From an uncultured Bifidobacteriaceae bacterium (GTDB lineage: Bacteria > Acidobacteriota > Vicinamibacteria > Vicinamibacterales > UBA2999), in NCBI GenBank assembly GCA_964442845.1, contig CAYUAX010000002.1, positions 14,360 to 78,359 of the forward strand: a DNA stretch of 64,000 bases. The letters run 5' to 3'. Of this stretch, positions 1-14,375 are shown piece by piece. The number at the start of each line of letters is the position of its first letter. The stretch's first letter is position 1. The notes beneath the pieces were generated by a model that saw nothing but the letters and a program-made list of their open reading frames with translations, ran no database searches and had not been told where the DNA came from. Made by a program: the position numbers and the translations under genes.

Positions 1-37
1 CCCAACACGCGAGAAACGCCTGGAGACGTCTTGCCAT
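1..37 (-). CDS. possible 5' end of a gene running off the left edge (MARRLQAFLACW...)
   Basis: ATG (reverse complement of cat at 35-37) preceded by GGGAGAG with a 6-nt spacer. Only 12 codons are visible, so this is very weak. Confidence 0.2.
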   Translation of the reverse strand, partial: MARRLQAFLACW

Positions 38-410
38 GCGGAACTCTCCCTCGATGACTTGCTTGACGGCCGTTCACGATTCGAGAACCGTTCCGGTCCG
101 ACGAGCCACCGGTGGTTCCCGGAGCACGCGTGCACGCTGGCCGTGACGACCCGTCAGAGGGCGCAGTCCCCGGCGGATTTCGCGAGGCCCGGCCCACATC
201 GGGCCGCGCCTCTACGGCGTCCCGGCCACTGAGCGGGGAAGTCTTATCACGGCTTGTAACCGAGAGCAACAGTTCGTCCGATGAGTTGCCAACGCGTTAC
301 ATATACTAAATGTGTGTTCAATCAATGACTTACGGTGATTGCTGGCTGGGCCGTGGCGGGGCCGCGAGCCGACGGCGCGTGGGGCGGATCTCGACGAACT
401 GAATTCGGAT

Positions 411-1322
411 TCAGCGCCCGGCGGGTTCGGGGCAGCCGGTCACCGGCGTGGTCGGCGCCGCCACCCGCGCCGGCCGCGGGCGGATCAGCCACGCCCCGGC
501 CAGGCAGACCGCCGCCCCGGCTACCGACAGCGCCGCCACCCGCTCGCCGCGCACGCCGACGCCGAGGATCAGGGCGACCACCGGCATGAGGAACAGCGTC
601 GCGGACGCGCGCGTGGCGCCGAGCCGTCCCGCGGCGATGGTCATGAGGACGTTGGCGATCGCCGTGCCGAACGCGCCGAGGGCGAGCATCGAGGCCAGTG
701 AGCGCGCCGACCAGCGTGCGTCGAGCAGCGCCGGGAACCCCAGCGGCGCGGTGAGCAGCGTCGCCACGCCGAGCGTGCGCCAGACCACCGGCAGGGCGCC
801 GCTGCGCTGCTGCAGCGGCCGCGCCAGGTTGATCGACACCCCATAGGCGCACACCGCCACGACCACCATCGCGATGCCGAGACCGCTGCTCGACCCGTCG
901 ATCGACGGGATCGCCATCAGCGCGATGCCGGCGACGCCGACCGCCAGGCCGGTCACCGCCGCCCGGTCGGGCCACGCCCGCGCCACGACGCCGGCGACGA
1001 TCGCCGCGACGATCGGCGTCGAGCCGTTCAACATGCCGGCGATAGCCGACGAGACGCGCTGCTCGGCGAAGGGGAACAGACTGAGCGGGAAGGCCAGCCA
1101 GATCACGCTGAGCCGCGCCGTCGGCCAGCCGTCGCCCGGCGCCAGCGGCCGGCGCGCCGCCGGCACGAGCGACAGCGTGAGGAAGCCGATCAGCAGTCGG
1201 GTGAACGTGACGCCGAAGGGCGCCATCGCGTCGAGTCCCTCGGCGATGAACAGGAACGAGGCCCCCCAGATCGTCCCCGGCACCACCAGCAGCGCCAGAT
1301 CCCGCAGCCCCGTCCACGCCAT
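411..1322 (-). CDS. EamA/DMT-family membrane transporter
   Basis: Last 303 codons of track ORF 411..2072. ATG checked at 1322 (MAWTGLRDLALLVVPG...). Multiple hydrophobic helices in two EamA-like halves. The upstream part of the track ORF is antisense to the LysR gene. Divergent from a LysR regulator. Confidence 0.85.
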   Translation of the reverse strand: MAWTGLRDLALLVVPGTIWGASFLFIAEGLDAMAPFGVTFTRLLIGFLTLSLVPAARRPLAPGDGWPTARLSVIWLAFPLSLFPFAEQRVSSAIAGMLNGSTPIVAAIVAGVVARAWPDRAAVTGLAVGVAGIALMAIPSIDGSSSGLGIAMVVVAVCAYGVSINLARPLQQRSGALPVVWRTLGVATLLTAPLGFPALLDARWSARSLASMLALGAFGTAIANVLMTIAAGRLGATRASATLFLMPVVALILGVGVRGERVAALSVAGAAVCLAGAWLIRPRPARVAAPTTPVTGCPEPAGR

Positions 1323-1397
1323 GCCGCTCACGATGGCTCGCCCTGACGGGTTAGCACAAGTGAAATGAACTGCGATGTACGATGTAGCATTCCTTAC

Positions 1398-2294
1398 ATG
1401 TTGAACGTCGATCGCCTGCGCGCGCTCCACGCCGTCGCCCATCAGGGTTCGATCCTCGCCGCCGCCGACACCCTGCACGTCACCACGTCGGCGGTCTCGC
1501 AGCAGCTGGCCAAGCTCGAACGCGAGGTCGGCCGGCCGCTGCTCGAGAAGGCCGGCCGCGGCGTGCGGCTCACCGACTCTGGCCGGCTGCTGGTCGCCCA
1601 CGCCGAACGCGTGCTGTGCCTGCTCGAGGCCGCCGAGGCCGATCTCGACGCCGCCCGCGACACCGTCGCCGGTCAGCTGCGCATCGCCGCGTTCGCCACC
1701 AGCATGCGCGGCCTGGCCCCGGCGGCCCTGGCCGCACTGCGCCGCAAGCACCCGCAGCTGACGGTGGTGCTGCGCGAACTCGAGCCGGTGGACGGCGTTG
1801 CCTTGTTGGTGCGCCGGGACGTCGATCTGGCCATCGCCCAGGACTGGGAGAACGCGCCGCTGGCGCTGCCCGAGGGCGTGAGCAAGGCGGCGATCATGGA
1901 CGACGTCGCCGACATCGCCCTGCCGGCCGGCCACCGCCTGGCGCGCGCCCGCACCGTCAAGCTCGACGACCTCGCCGGCGAGCCGTGGATCACCTGGCAC
2001 GACGGGTCGATCTGCCACGACTGGCTGCTGCACACCCTGCGGCGCCGCGGTCACGAGCCGCGCGTCGCCCACACGGCGTCCGGGTACGCGACACAGCTGG
2101 CGCTGGTCGGCGCCGGTCTGGGCGCCGCGGTGATCCCGCGGCTGGGCCGCGGCGCGGTGCCGCGCGGCGTCGTGGTGGTGCGATCGGAGCCGACGCTGCG
2201 CCGGCAGGTCTATGCGGTGTGGCGCAGCGACGCCACGCGGCGCACCGCCATCCGCGCGGTGGTCGACGCGCTGCGATCGGCCGCCCGCGCCTGA
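1398..2294 (+). CDS. LysR-family transcriptional regulator
   Basis: MLNVDRLRALHAVAHQGSILAAADTLHVTTSAVSQQLAKLE is a typical LysR N-terminal HTH, followed by a substrate-binding-like C-terminal domain. The internal ATG at 1398 is preferred over the track start at 1365. Confidence 0.9.
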   Translation: MLNVDRLRALHAVAHQGSILAAADTLHVTTSAVSQQLAKLEREVGRPLLEKAGRGVRLTDSGRLLVAHAERVLCLLEAAEADLDAARDTVAGQLRIAAFATSMRGLAPAALAALRRKHPQLTVVLRELEPVDGVALLVRRDVDLAIAQDWENAPLALPEGVSKAAIMDDVADIALPAGHRLARARTVKLDDLAGEPWITWHDGSICHDWLLHTLRRRGHEPRVAHTASGYATQLALVGAGLGAAVIPRLGRGAVPRGVVVVRSEPTLRRQVYAVWRSDATRRTAIRAVVDALRSAARA

Positions 2295-2309
2295 CCGTAG
2301 GTCGCGCGT

Positions 2310-3731
2310 TCAGGGCACGGTGAGATAGCGGTCGACGGCGGCCGCCGCCTGGCGGCCGTCGGCGATGGCCCAGACGATGAGCGACTGGCCGCGCTGGACG
2401 TCGCCGGCCGCGAACACGCCGGGGACGCTGGTCATCCACCCGTCGTCACGCCAGACGGTTTCGCGCTCGGTCATCCGCACCGCCAGGTCGTCGAGCAGCG
2501 CGTTGCGCTCGGCGCCGACGAAGCCCATCGCCAGCAGCACCAGGTCGGCCGGCAGCGCGAACTCGCTGCCCGCGACGGGCGTGAAGGTCGGCCGGCCGTC
2601 GGCGACGGCGCGGGTCACGCGCAGGCCGTGCAGGGCGCGGACGTGGCCGTCGCCGTCGCCGGTGAAGTGGGTGGTCGTGACGGCGTAGAGCCGTTCGCCG
2701 CCTTCTTCGTGGGCCGACGACGTGCGGAAGACCAGCGGCCAGGTCGGCCAGGGGTTGTCGGCGGCGCGTTCGGCCGGGGGCTGCGGCAGCAGCTCGAGCT
2801 GGACCACGCTCTGCGCCCCCTGGCGGTGCGCGGTGCCGAGGCAGTCGGCGCCGGTGTCGCCGCCGCCGATGATCACCACGTGGCGGCCGGCGGCGGTGAG
2901 CGTCGACGCGTCGATGTCGTCGCCCTCGCAGCGGCGGTTCTGCGCGGTCAGGTAGTCCATGGCGAAGTGGATGCCGGCCAGCTCGCGGCCCGGCACCACC
3001 AGATCGCGCGGGCGGCCGGCGCCGCCGGCCAGCAGCACGGCGTCGAAGCCGCGGCGCAGCTCCGCGGCGGGCAGATCGACGCCGACGTGCACGCCCGGAC
3101 GGAACACCACGCCTTCGGCGGCGAGCAGGGCCAGACGGCGCTCGAGCACCTGCTTCTCCAGCTTGAACTCGGGGATGCCGTAGCGCAGCAGCCCGCCGAT
3201 GCGGTCGCTCTTCTCGAACACCGTCACGCTGTGGCCGGCGCGGTTGAGCTGCGCGGCGGCGGCCAGCCCGGCCGGCCCCGAGCCGATGATCGCGACCTTC
3301 TTCCATGTGCGCGCCCGCGGCGCTTCGGGCACGATCCAGCCCTCGTCGAACGCCCGATCGACGATTGCCAGCTCGATGCCCTTGATCGTCACCGGCTCCT
3401 TGTTGAGGCCGAGCACGCACGAGCCCTCGCACGGCGCCGGACACAACAGCCCGGTGAACTCCGGGAAGTTGTTGGTCTGGTGCAGCCGCTCGATCGCCGC
3501 CTGCCACGAGTCGCGGTAGACGAGGTCGTTCCAGTCGGGGATGAGGTTGCCGAGCGGACAGCCCTGGTGGCAGAACGGCACGCCGCAGTCCATGCAGCGC
3601 GACGCCTGGCGGGTCAGCTCGTCGGCCGGGTAGGCGGCGTAGACGTGCCGGTAGTCGTGCACCCGCTCGGCCACCGGCCGGGCGGGCGGCTTGACGCGGG
3701 CGAACTCGATGAATCCGGTGGCTTTACCCAT
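2310..3731 (-). CDS. gltD: glutamate synthase small (beta) subunit
   Basis: Last 473 codons of track ORF 2310..7568. ATG checked at 3731 (MGKATGFIEF...). Cys clusters CMDCGVPFC and CPAPCEGSC, and a GSGPAG dinucleotide fold. Lies 8 nt downstream of gltB. Confidence 0.95.
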   Translation of the reverse strand: MGKATGFIEFARVKPPARPVAERVHDYRHVYAAYPADELTRQASRCMDCGVPFCHQGCPLGNLIPDWNDLVYRDSWQAAIERLHQTNNFPEFTGLLCPAPCEGSCVLGLNKEPVTIKGIELAIVDRAFDEGWIVPEAPRARTWKKVAIIGSGPAGLAAAAQLNRAGHSVTVFEKSDRIGGLLRYGIPEFKLEKQVLERRLALLAAEGVVFRPGVHVGVDLPAAELRRGFDAVLLAGGAGRPRDLVVPGRELAGIHFAMDYLTAQNRRCEGDDIDASTLTAAGRHVVIIGGGDTGADCLGTAHRQGAQSVVQLELLPQPPAERAADNPWPTWPLVFRTSSAHEEGGERLYAVTTTHFTGDGDGHVRALHGLRVTRAVADGRPTFTPVAGSEFALPADLVLLAMGFVGAERNALLDDLAVRMTERETVWRDDGWMTSVPGVFAAGDVQRGQSLIVWAIADGRQAAAAVDRYLTVP

Positions 3732-3739
3732 GGCGTGCC

Positions 3740-8356
<4,617 letters not shown>

Positions 8357-8370
8357 CGTGGTGCTCCAAT

Positions 8371-8395
8371 GCGGTCCCCAATTAGAGAGGACCGC
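8371..8395 (-). promoter_or_regulatory. stem-loop in the glnK-gltB spacer
   Basis: GCGGTCC (8371-8377) pairs with GGACCGC (8389-8395). In the mRNA sense it extends to ~9 bp with a 7-nt loop. It ends ~14 nt before the gltB ATG, just upstream of a GGAG. No U-tract follows. Confidence 0.3.
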
Positions 8396-8449
8396 TACGC
8401 ATGGTGAAAGCGCAATGTATCGATGTGGATCATGCGATCTCGAGATGCG

Positions 8450-8803
8450 TCAATGCGGCACCGGCGTCACCGCGTCCTGGTCCTGCTCGCCGGTGCGGAT
8501 GCGGTAGATCTTCTCGATTGGCAGGACGAGGATCTTGCCGTCGCCGACCTCGCCGGTCCGCGCCGCCTCGAGGATGGCGTCGACGGTCGGCTGCACGAAG
8601 TGGTTCGAGACGCCGATCTCGAGCCGCACCTTCTCGGCCAGCGCCATCTTCACGGTGGTGCCGCGGTAGTTCTCGACGTGCTCCATCTCGCCGCCGTGGC
8701 CCTGCACGCGGCTGATGGTCAGGCCGCGCACCTCGGCGTGGAACAGCGCTTCGAGCACCTCGCTCAGGCGCTCCGGCCGGATGACGGCGACGATCAGCTT
8801 CAC
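8450..8803 (-). CDS. glnK: P-II nitrogen regulatory protein
   Basis: VKLIVAVIRPERLSEVLEALFHAEVRGLTISRVQGHGG...NYRG (T-loop Tyr)...GDGKILVLPIE. The GTG start at 8803 overlaps the amtB stop (GTGA, 8800-8803). It is the tail of track ORF 8450..10846. Confidence 0.93.
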   Translation of the reverse strand: MKLIVAVIRPERLSEVLEALFHAEVRGLTISRVQGHGGEMEHVENYRGTTVKMALAEKVRLEIGVSNHFVQPTVDAILEAARTGEVGDGKILVLPIEKIYRIRTGEQDQDAVTPVPH

Positions 8804-10089
8804 AGCCGGCCGCCGTTCTGCAGCGCGACGACGTCGCTCAGCCGGCGGGCCGCCGCGGCGTCGCCGGGCGAGACCAGGATGGCGCCGTCGCCGGTGGTGT
8901 AGGCCTCTTCGCCGTGTTCGGCGACGTCGAGGCCGACGCCCTCGACCTTGCCGCTGATGCGCAGCGGCATCGCCAGGCCGACCAGTTTGAGAATCACGAA
9001 GGTGGCGACGCCGCTGTAGGCCAGCACGACGATCACGCTGTAGAGCTGCACGGCGATCTGGCCGGGGTTGCCGGCGAGCAGGCCGGCCGGCCCGCCGCTC
9101 CACGCCGGGTCGGCGAACACCCCGGTGAGGACGGCGCCGGTGGCGCCGCCGGTGCCGTGCGCGGCGACGACGTCGAGCGAGTCGTCGAGCTTGGTGCGGG
9201 CCCGGTAGATGAGTGCGAAGTACGACGGCACGGCGCCGAGCGCGCCCATCGCCAGGGCGGCCGCCGGGCCGACGTAGCCGGCGGCCGGCGTCACCACGAC
9301 GAGGCCGACGACGATGGCGGTGGCGGCACCGACCGCGGTCACCCGTCCGCCGCGGGCCAGGTCGATCACCAGCCAGGTCGCCAGCGTGGCCGCCGGCGCC
9401 AGCAGCGTGTTGGTGAAGGCGAGCGCCGCGGCCGGCGACGCCCCCAGGGCGCTGCCGGCGTTGAAGCCGAACCAGCCGAACCAGAGGATCCCGGCGCCGA
9501 GCAGCGTGAACGGCACGTTGTGGGGCAGGATGGCGTGGCGGCCGTAGTCCTTGCGCGGCCCGACTACCAGCGCCGCGACCAGCGCGGCCGCGGCGGCGTT
9601 GACGTGGACCACGGCGCCGCCGGCAAAATCGAGGGCTCCGGCCGTGGCCAGGAAGCCCCCACCCCACACCCAGTGCGCCACCGGCGCATAGACCAGCAGC
9701 ATCCAGGCGACGACGAACGCCACGTAGGTGCCGAAACGCAGCCGCTCGACGATCGCGCCCGAGATCAGCGCCGCCGTGATGATCGCGAACGTGCCCTGGA
9801 AGGCCATGAACAGCAGGTGCGGGATGGCGCCCTGCGCGTCGAGGCCGACGCCCTGCAGCCCGGCGAAGCCGAACGAGCCGATGAACGGCGTGCCGGGCGA
9901 GAACGCCAGCGAATAGCCGACCAGCGCCCAGGCGACCGCCACCGGGCCGAGCGCGACGAAGCTCATCATCATCGTGTTGAGGGCGTTCTTCGAGCGGACC
10001 ATGCCGCCGTAGAAGAAGCCCAGCGCCGGTGTCATCAGCAGCACCAGGGCCGTGGACACGAGCATCCACGCGATGTCCGCGTTGTTCAT
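8800..10089 (-). CDS. amtB: ammonium transporter (Amt family)
   Basis: MNNADIAWMLVSTALVLLMTPALGFFYGGMVRSKN... and a polytopic Amt-like sequence throughout. The ATG at 10089 is preferred; the track ORF starts at a GTG at 10110. Confidence 0.95.
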   Translation of the reverse strand: MNNADIAWMLVSTALVLLMTPALGFFYGGMVRSKNALNTMMMSFVALGPVAVAWALVGYSLAFSPGTPFIGSFGFAGLQGVGLDAQGAIPHLLFMAFQGTFAIITAALISGAIVERLRFGTYVAFVVAWMLLVYAPVAHWVWGGGFLATAGALDFAGGAVVHVNAAAAALVAALVVGPRKDYGRHAILPHNVPFTLLGAGILWFGWFGFNAGSALGASPAAALAFTNTLLAPAATLATWLVIDLARGGRVTAVGAATAIVVGLVVVTPAAGYVGPAAALAMGALGAVPSYFALIYRARTKLDDSLDVVAAHGTGGATGAVLTGVFADPAWSGGPAGLLAGNPGQIAVQLYSVIVVLAYSGVATFVILKLVGLAMPLRISGKVEGVGLDVAEHGEEAYTTGDGAILVSPGDAAAARRLSDVVALQNGGRL

Positions 10090-10356
10090 GACGATATTGA
10101 ATAGAGACACGCCGTCTCATGTCCAATACGTGTTTCTTGTCGTTCCCATGCGGGCGGTGCCATCGCCGCTGGCGGACGCGTCCATGCCGCCGGCGCATCC
10201 GCTGTGCGGCGCGGCCGCGCCCGTGGTGGCGGCGGACGTCGGAGGACGGAGCGGCGAACCGAGGGGAGGGATCGAATCTGGCGGGCGGGCGCGCGGCCGT
10301 CGTCGGCCGCGCCGATCGTGAGCGCGGCCAGGCGCGCCCACGATCGGCAGCGGGTC

Positions 10357-11898
10357 TCAGGGCGTGATCGTGACCGGGCGTTCGGCGATGCCGGTCAGCA
10401 GGTTGAGCGTGCCGGCCTGGGTGAGGGCCGACAGCCACCTGTAGAGGCCGGGCGGCGTGCCGGCCGGAATCGCCAGCGCGGCGATTTCGAGGTCGAGATC
10501 CACGGGGACGAAGTTGCGGGCGAGCGGCACCAGGCCGGGCACGAGGCCGCCGCCGGTCCACGACAGCAGCTGCCCCGACGGCAGCTGCAGCACGACGTAG
10601 GCGTCGGCGGGCGTGGCCGCCTTGTCCTTGCGCAGGCGGGCGCGGAGGCGCATCACCTCGCCGGGCCGCACCGACGGGGCATTGGTCGTCGTGGTGAGCG
10701 TGGCCGAGTGGAACTGGATGTTGCCGTTGCGGATCAGCCGCGGCGCCCGCGCTTCGACCACCTGGCCGGCCGAGACGATCGTCACCCCGAAGCGATCGTT
10801 GAACGGCGGCTCCCCGTTGTCCTCGGTGAGGACGCTGAAGGTGCACGACGGCAGGAAACCGTCACACGTGCCCGACAGCCGTGCGGTCTTCGGCGCGCCC
10901 TCGGCATCGAGTGCGACCACCGCCACGTCGGTGACCGGGCCGTTGATGTGGAGGTTCGGCGCGACGACGTGGTTGACGTAGTTGAACGTCCCGGTCGCCG
11001 GCCCGCCGGCCGCGCCGGGCTGGCCGTTGAAGCCGTAGTTGGCGAACCCGGTGCCGGTCGCCGTCGGATCGGTGACCGTCGGATCGTTCGGCACGCTGAT
11101 GCCGCCGCCGCCGGTGACCTTGAACGCGGTATGGGTGGGCAGGGCCTGCCCGAAGCTGCAGGCGCGGACGGTGGCGCCGTCGGTGGTCACCGTGCCGTCC
11201 TCGACGCCGGCGCCCAGCGAGACGGCGCGGCCGTCGACGGACGCCCCGGCGCCGATCGTAATCGCCCCTTCAGCCAGGATGTTGCCGACGAGTGCGGCCC
11301 CCGCGCCGACACCCACCGTGCGCGCCGCGGTTGCCGCGCTGGCGTCGCCGACCTGCCAGTAGACCTTGCTGCCGCCACAGGTGGCCGGGGCGACGATCGG
11401 CGCGGTCACGGCCACCCCGGGGGCAATCGCCAGGTTGCCGTCCACCAGCACGATCCATGGACCGGCGCCCGTGAGCGCCAGGTTCGCGGCGACGGTGACG
11501 TCGCTGGTGAAGCAGTGCGTCCCGGTGGCCAGGGTCGCGCCGAGCGGCTGGTCGGTGTTGCCTGGGACGCAGCTGCGGGCGGCCAGGTCGGCGTAGACGA
11601 GGCCGGCGCTCTGCAGGGCCTGCGCGGCCACGGCATCGCCAGTGTGAAGCGCGCTGCCCGCGGCGAGTTCGCCGGCGGTCACGCCGGTGATGGCGCCGCC
11701 CGGGCCGACGCCGACGTCGCCGCCGAACGTGGACGTGCCGCTGTCGGTGACCGTCGTCTTCGCCAGGACCGCGAAGCTCTCGGCACCGCCGAGCGGCGGC
11801 ACCGTCTGCGCGGCGGCTGACGACGCGCCGACCAAGGCCAACAGCGCACCGAGGGCGAGGTGTCGAACCGCGGTCGCAGAAGCAGGAGTTACATACAT
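10357..11898 (-). CDS. secreted DUF3494 (ice-binding-like) domain protein with a long C-terminal extension
   Basis: ATG checked at 11898. Signal peptide ...LVGASSAAAQ. LGGAESFAVLAKTTVTDSGTSTFGGDVGVGPGGAITG is the hallmark N-terminus of DUF3494 beta-solenoid proteins, followed by a ~250-aa unassigned C-terminal part. Confidence 0.75.
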   Translation of the reverse strand: MYVTPASATAVRHLALGALLALVGASSAAAQTVPPLGGAESFAVLAKTTVTDSGTSTFGGDVGVGPGGAITGVTAGELAAGSALHTGDAVAAQALQSAGLVYADLAARSCVPGNTDQPLGATLATGTHCFTSDVTVAANLALTGAGPWIVLVDGNLAIAPGVAVTAPIVAPATCGGSKVYWQVGDASAATAARTVGVGAGAALVGNILAEGAITIGAGASVDGRAVSLGAGVEDGTVTTDGATVRACSFGQALPTHTAFKVTGGGGISVPNDPTVTDPTATGTGFANYGFNGQPGAAGGPATGTFNYVNHVVAPNLHINGPVTDVAVVALDAEGAPKTARLSGTCDGFLPSCTFSVLTEDNGEPPFNDRFGVTIVSAGQVVEARAPRLIRNGNIQFHSATLTTTTNAPSVRPGEVMRLRARLRKDKAATPADAYVVLQLPSGQLLSWTGGGLVPGLVPLARNFVPVDLDLEIAALAIPAGTPPGLYRWLSALTQAGTLNLLTGIAERPVTITP

Positions 11899-12014
11899 GG
11901 GCCCACCACTCTCTCCAGAGAGATACCCTGACTCGGCCGAATTCATGACGTCGGACGAGCCGGACCCCTCCGAGTTGGCGTAAATTGCAAGCTCTGGGCC
12001 AGCACGCGCAGCCG

Positions 12015-14323
12015 ATGGGCCGAGTCGACGCCGTGGCCGGCTGTGCCGGGCCGTTCGCGTCTCGCCGCCGAATTCGTCGTGGCCGGCGCGTGGCGGCGGG
12101 TGTTCTTGCCACGCTCGCGGTCTTGACGGCGACGGCGGTGACGGCCCAGCCGATCACGATTTCGTCATTGGTCGAACGTACCGCACCGGACGGCGTCACC
12201 ATCCGCGCCGTGCGCCTCGAGACGCCGCTGCGCCTCGACGGCCGCCTCGACGAAGACGTCTACGGTCGTGTCGGCCCGCTCACCGACTTCCTGCAGCAGG
12301 AACCGCGCGAAGGCCAGCCGGCCACCGAACGCACCGAGGCGTGGATCCTCTTCGACGACGCCAACCTCTACGTGTCGGCGCGCTGCTGGGACAGTCACCC
12401 CGAACGCGAGGTGGCCAACGAGCTGCGCCGCGACAACGGCAACATCCTCGGCAACGAGAACGTGACGTTCGTGATCGACACCTTCCACGATCGCCGCAAC
12501 GGCTACCTGTTCCAGACCAACCCGCTCGGCGCGCTGCGCGACATGACCGTGACCGACGACCTGCAGAACTCGGCGTGGAACGGCATCTGGTACGTGAAGA
12601 CCGGCCGCTTCGCGCAGGGCTGGACGGTGGAGGTGGCGATCCCGTTCAAGACGCTGCGCTACCGCGGCAGCGGGCCGCAGACCTGGGGCCTCAACCTGCG
12701 CCGCCTGGTCAAGTGGAAGAACGAGTTCTCGTACCTGTCGCTGGTCCCGGCCGCCCTGGGCACGCAGGGGGTGAGCCGCATGGCGTCGGCGGCGACGGTG
12801 ATCGGCCTCGAGACGCCGGCCGCGTCGAAGAACGTCGAGTTCAAACCCTACGCGGTCGGTGCGGCGACGACCGCCCGCAGCGGCGGCACCTACGCCGACG
12901 ACGGCCAGGCCAACGCCGGCTTCGACTTCAAGTACGGGCTCACCCGCGGCCTGATCGCCGACGCCACCGTCCGCACCGACTTCGCGCAGGTCGAAGAGGA
13001 CCTGCAGCAGATCAACCTGACCCGCTTCAGCGTGTTCTTCCCCGAGAAGCGCGAGTTCTTCATCGAAGGCCAGGGCATCTTCGACTTCGGCGGAGTGCAG
13101 GCCGGCAACAGCCCCGGCGACGTGCCGCTGCTGTTCTTCAGCCGGCAGATCGGCCTCAGCCAGGGCCGCGCGGTGCCGGTGCTGGGCGGCGTTCGCCTCA
13201 CCGGCCGCGCCGGGGCCTACAGCATCGGCGCCCTCGACATCCAGACCGACGACGCGCCAGCCGCCGCCGCCGTGTCGACCAACTTCTCGGCGCTGCGCCT
13301 GAAGCGCAACCTGTTCCGGCGCAGCAACGTCGGTCTCATCGCCACGCGGCGCGATCCCGGGCCGCTCGCCGCCGCCAGCGGCCGCCGCGACGCCAGCTAC
13401 AGCCTCGGCGCCGACGCGACGCTGCTCTTCTTCAAGAGCGTCAGCGCGACGGCTACTACGCGCGCGCCGCCGCCCCCGACGCCGCCGGCCGGATGGCGAC
13501 CGGCGCCAGCTACCGCGGCCGGGTGGACTACACGGACGACCGCTACGGCGCCGCCGCCGAGCACCTGCTCATCGACCGCGATTTCCGCCCCGAGGTCGGG
13601 TTCGTGCGCCGGCCCGACATGCGCCGGACGTTCGCGCAGCTGCGCTTCAGCCCGCGGCCGCGGCGCAGCGCCGTGGTCCGCAAGCTGACCTGGCAGGCGA
13701 GTTACGACTACGTCACCGACGCCGCCGCGACCACCGTGCAGAGCCGCGAGGCCTCCGCGCTGTTCCGCCTCGACTTCCAGTCGTCCGACCAGCTGTCGAC
13801 GGAATACACGCGCGAGTACGAACGGCTGCCGGAGCGGTTCCCCATCGCGCCCGGCGTGCACGTGCCGGCCGGCGGCTACACGGCGACGACCGCGCGCGTG
13901 AGCTACGCGCTGGGTCAGCAGCGCCGGGTGTCGGGCCGGCTGTCCGCGGCCACCGGCACGCTCTACGACGGCACGCGCTCGGAGTTCTCCTACAGCGGCC
14001 GGTGGGGCGTCGTGCCGCGCTTTTCGGTGGAGCCGACGGTGTCGCTCAACGTCGTCTCGTTGCCCTACGGCGATTTCACGGCGCGGCTGATGAGCGCGCG
14101 CTTCACGGTGACGCCGACGGCGCGCATGCTGATCAGCAGCCTGGTCCAGTACAACGTCGACCAGGCGACCACCAGCGCGAGCCTGCGGCTGCGCTGGGAG
14201 TACACCGGCGGCAGCGAGCTGTTCGTCGTCTACAGCGACGGCCGCGACACCCGCCCCGCCGGGTTCCCCGCGCTGGTCAACCGCACGCTGGCGGTCAAGG
14301 CGACGCGGCTGTTCCGGTTCTGA
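12015..14323 (+). pseudogene. CBM9-like / DUF5916 family secreted protein, reading frame broken near 13440-13450
   Basis: Track ORFs 11985..13688 (frame 0) and 12341..14323 (frame 2) together form one protein. Credible sequence runs in frame 0 to ...ATLLFFKSVSA and resumes in frame 2 at DGYYARAAAPDAAG...TRLFRF. One base appears to be missing. ATG at 12015 followed by a signal peptide. Confidence 0.7.
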
Positions 14324-14335
14324 GCGGCAGGCGAC

Positions 14336-14375
14336 TAGTGGCCTGTCCTGTACATATGACTAGGACAGGCCACTA
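14336..14375. terminator. bidirectional hairpin between convergent genes
   Basis: Perfect 14-bp inverted repeat: TAGTGGCCTGTCCT (14336-14349) and AGGACAGGCCACTA (14362-14375), with a 12-nt AT-rich loop. It overlaps the TAG stop of the minus-strand gene. Confidence 0.6.

Noticed and set aside
100-260. Fragments reminiscent of cobalamin (plus strand GCCACUG...GGGGAAGUC) and ZTP (minus strand GGGUCGUCACGG...GGGAACCACCGG) riboswitch cores
   Set aside because: Only partial matches. The B12 box and the ZTP 3' CCGCCUGGGC element are absent, and the cobalamin-like strand has no downstream gene. I am not willing to call either without a covariance-model search.
112-309. 65-aa plus-strand ORF in the left non-coding region
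   Set aside because: Low-complexity translation, no RBS, and no homology I recognise. It sits inside what looks like a structured leader for the opposite strand.
10146-10163. Sigma-54-like TGGCAC...GCAT upstream of amtB (minus strand)
   Set aside because: The GG-to-GC spacing is two nucleotides shorter than the strict -24/-12 spacing (TGGCAC-N5-TTGC). It is probably coincidental in GC-rich DNA.
13430-13460. Programmed ribosomal frameshift in the DUF5916 gene
   Set aside because: No slippery heptamer or downstream structure is evident. A single missing base (sequencing error or recent mutation) is the simpler explanation.
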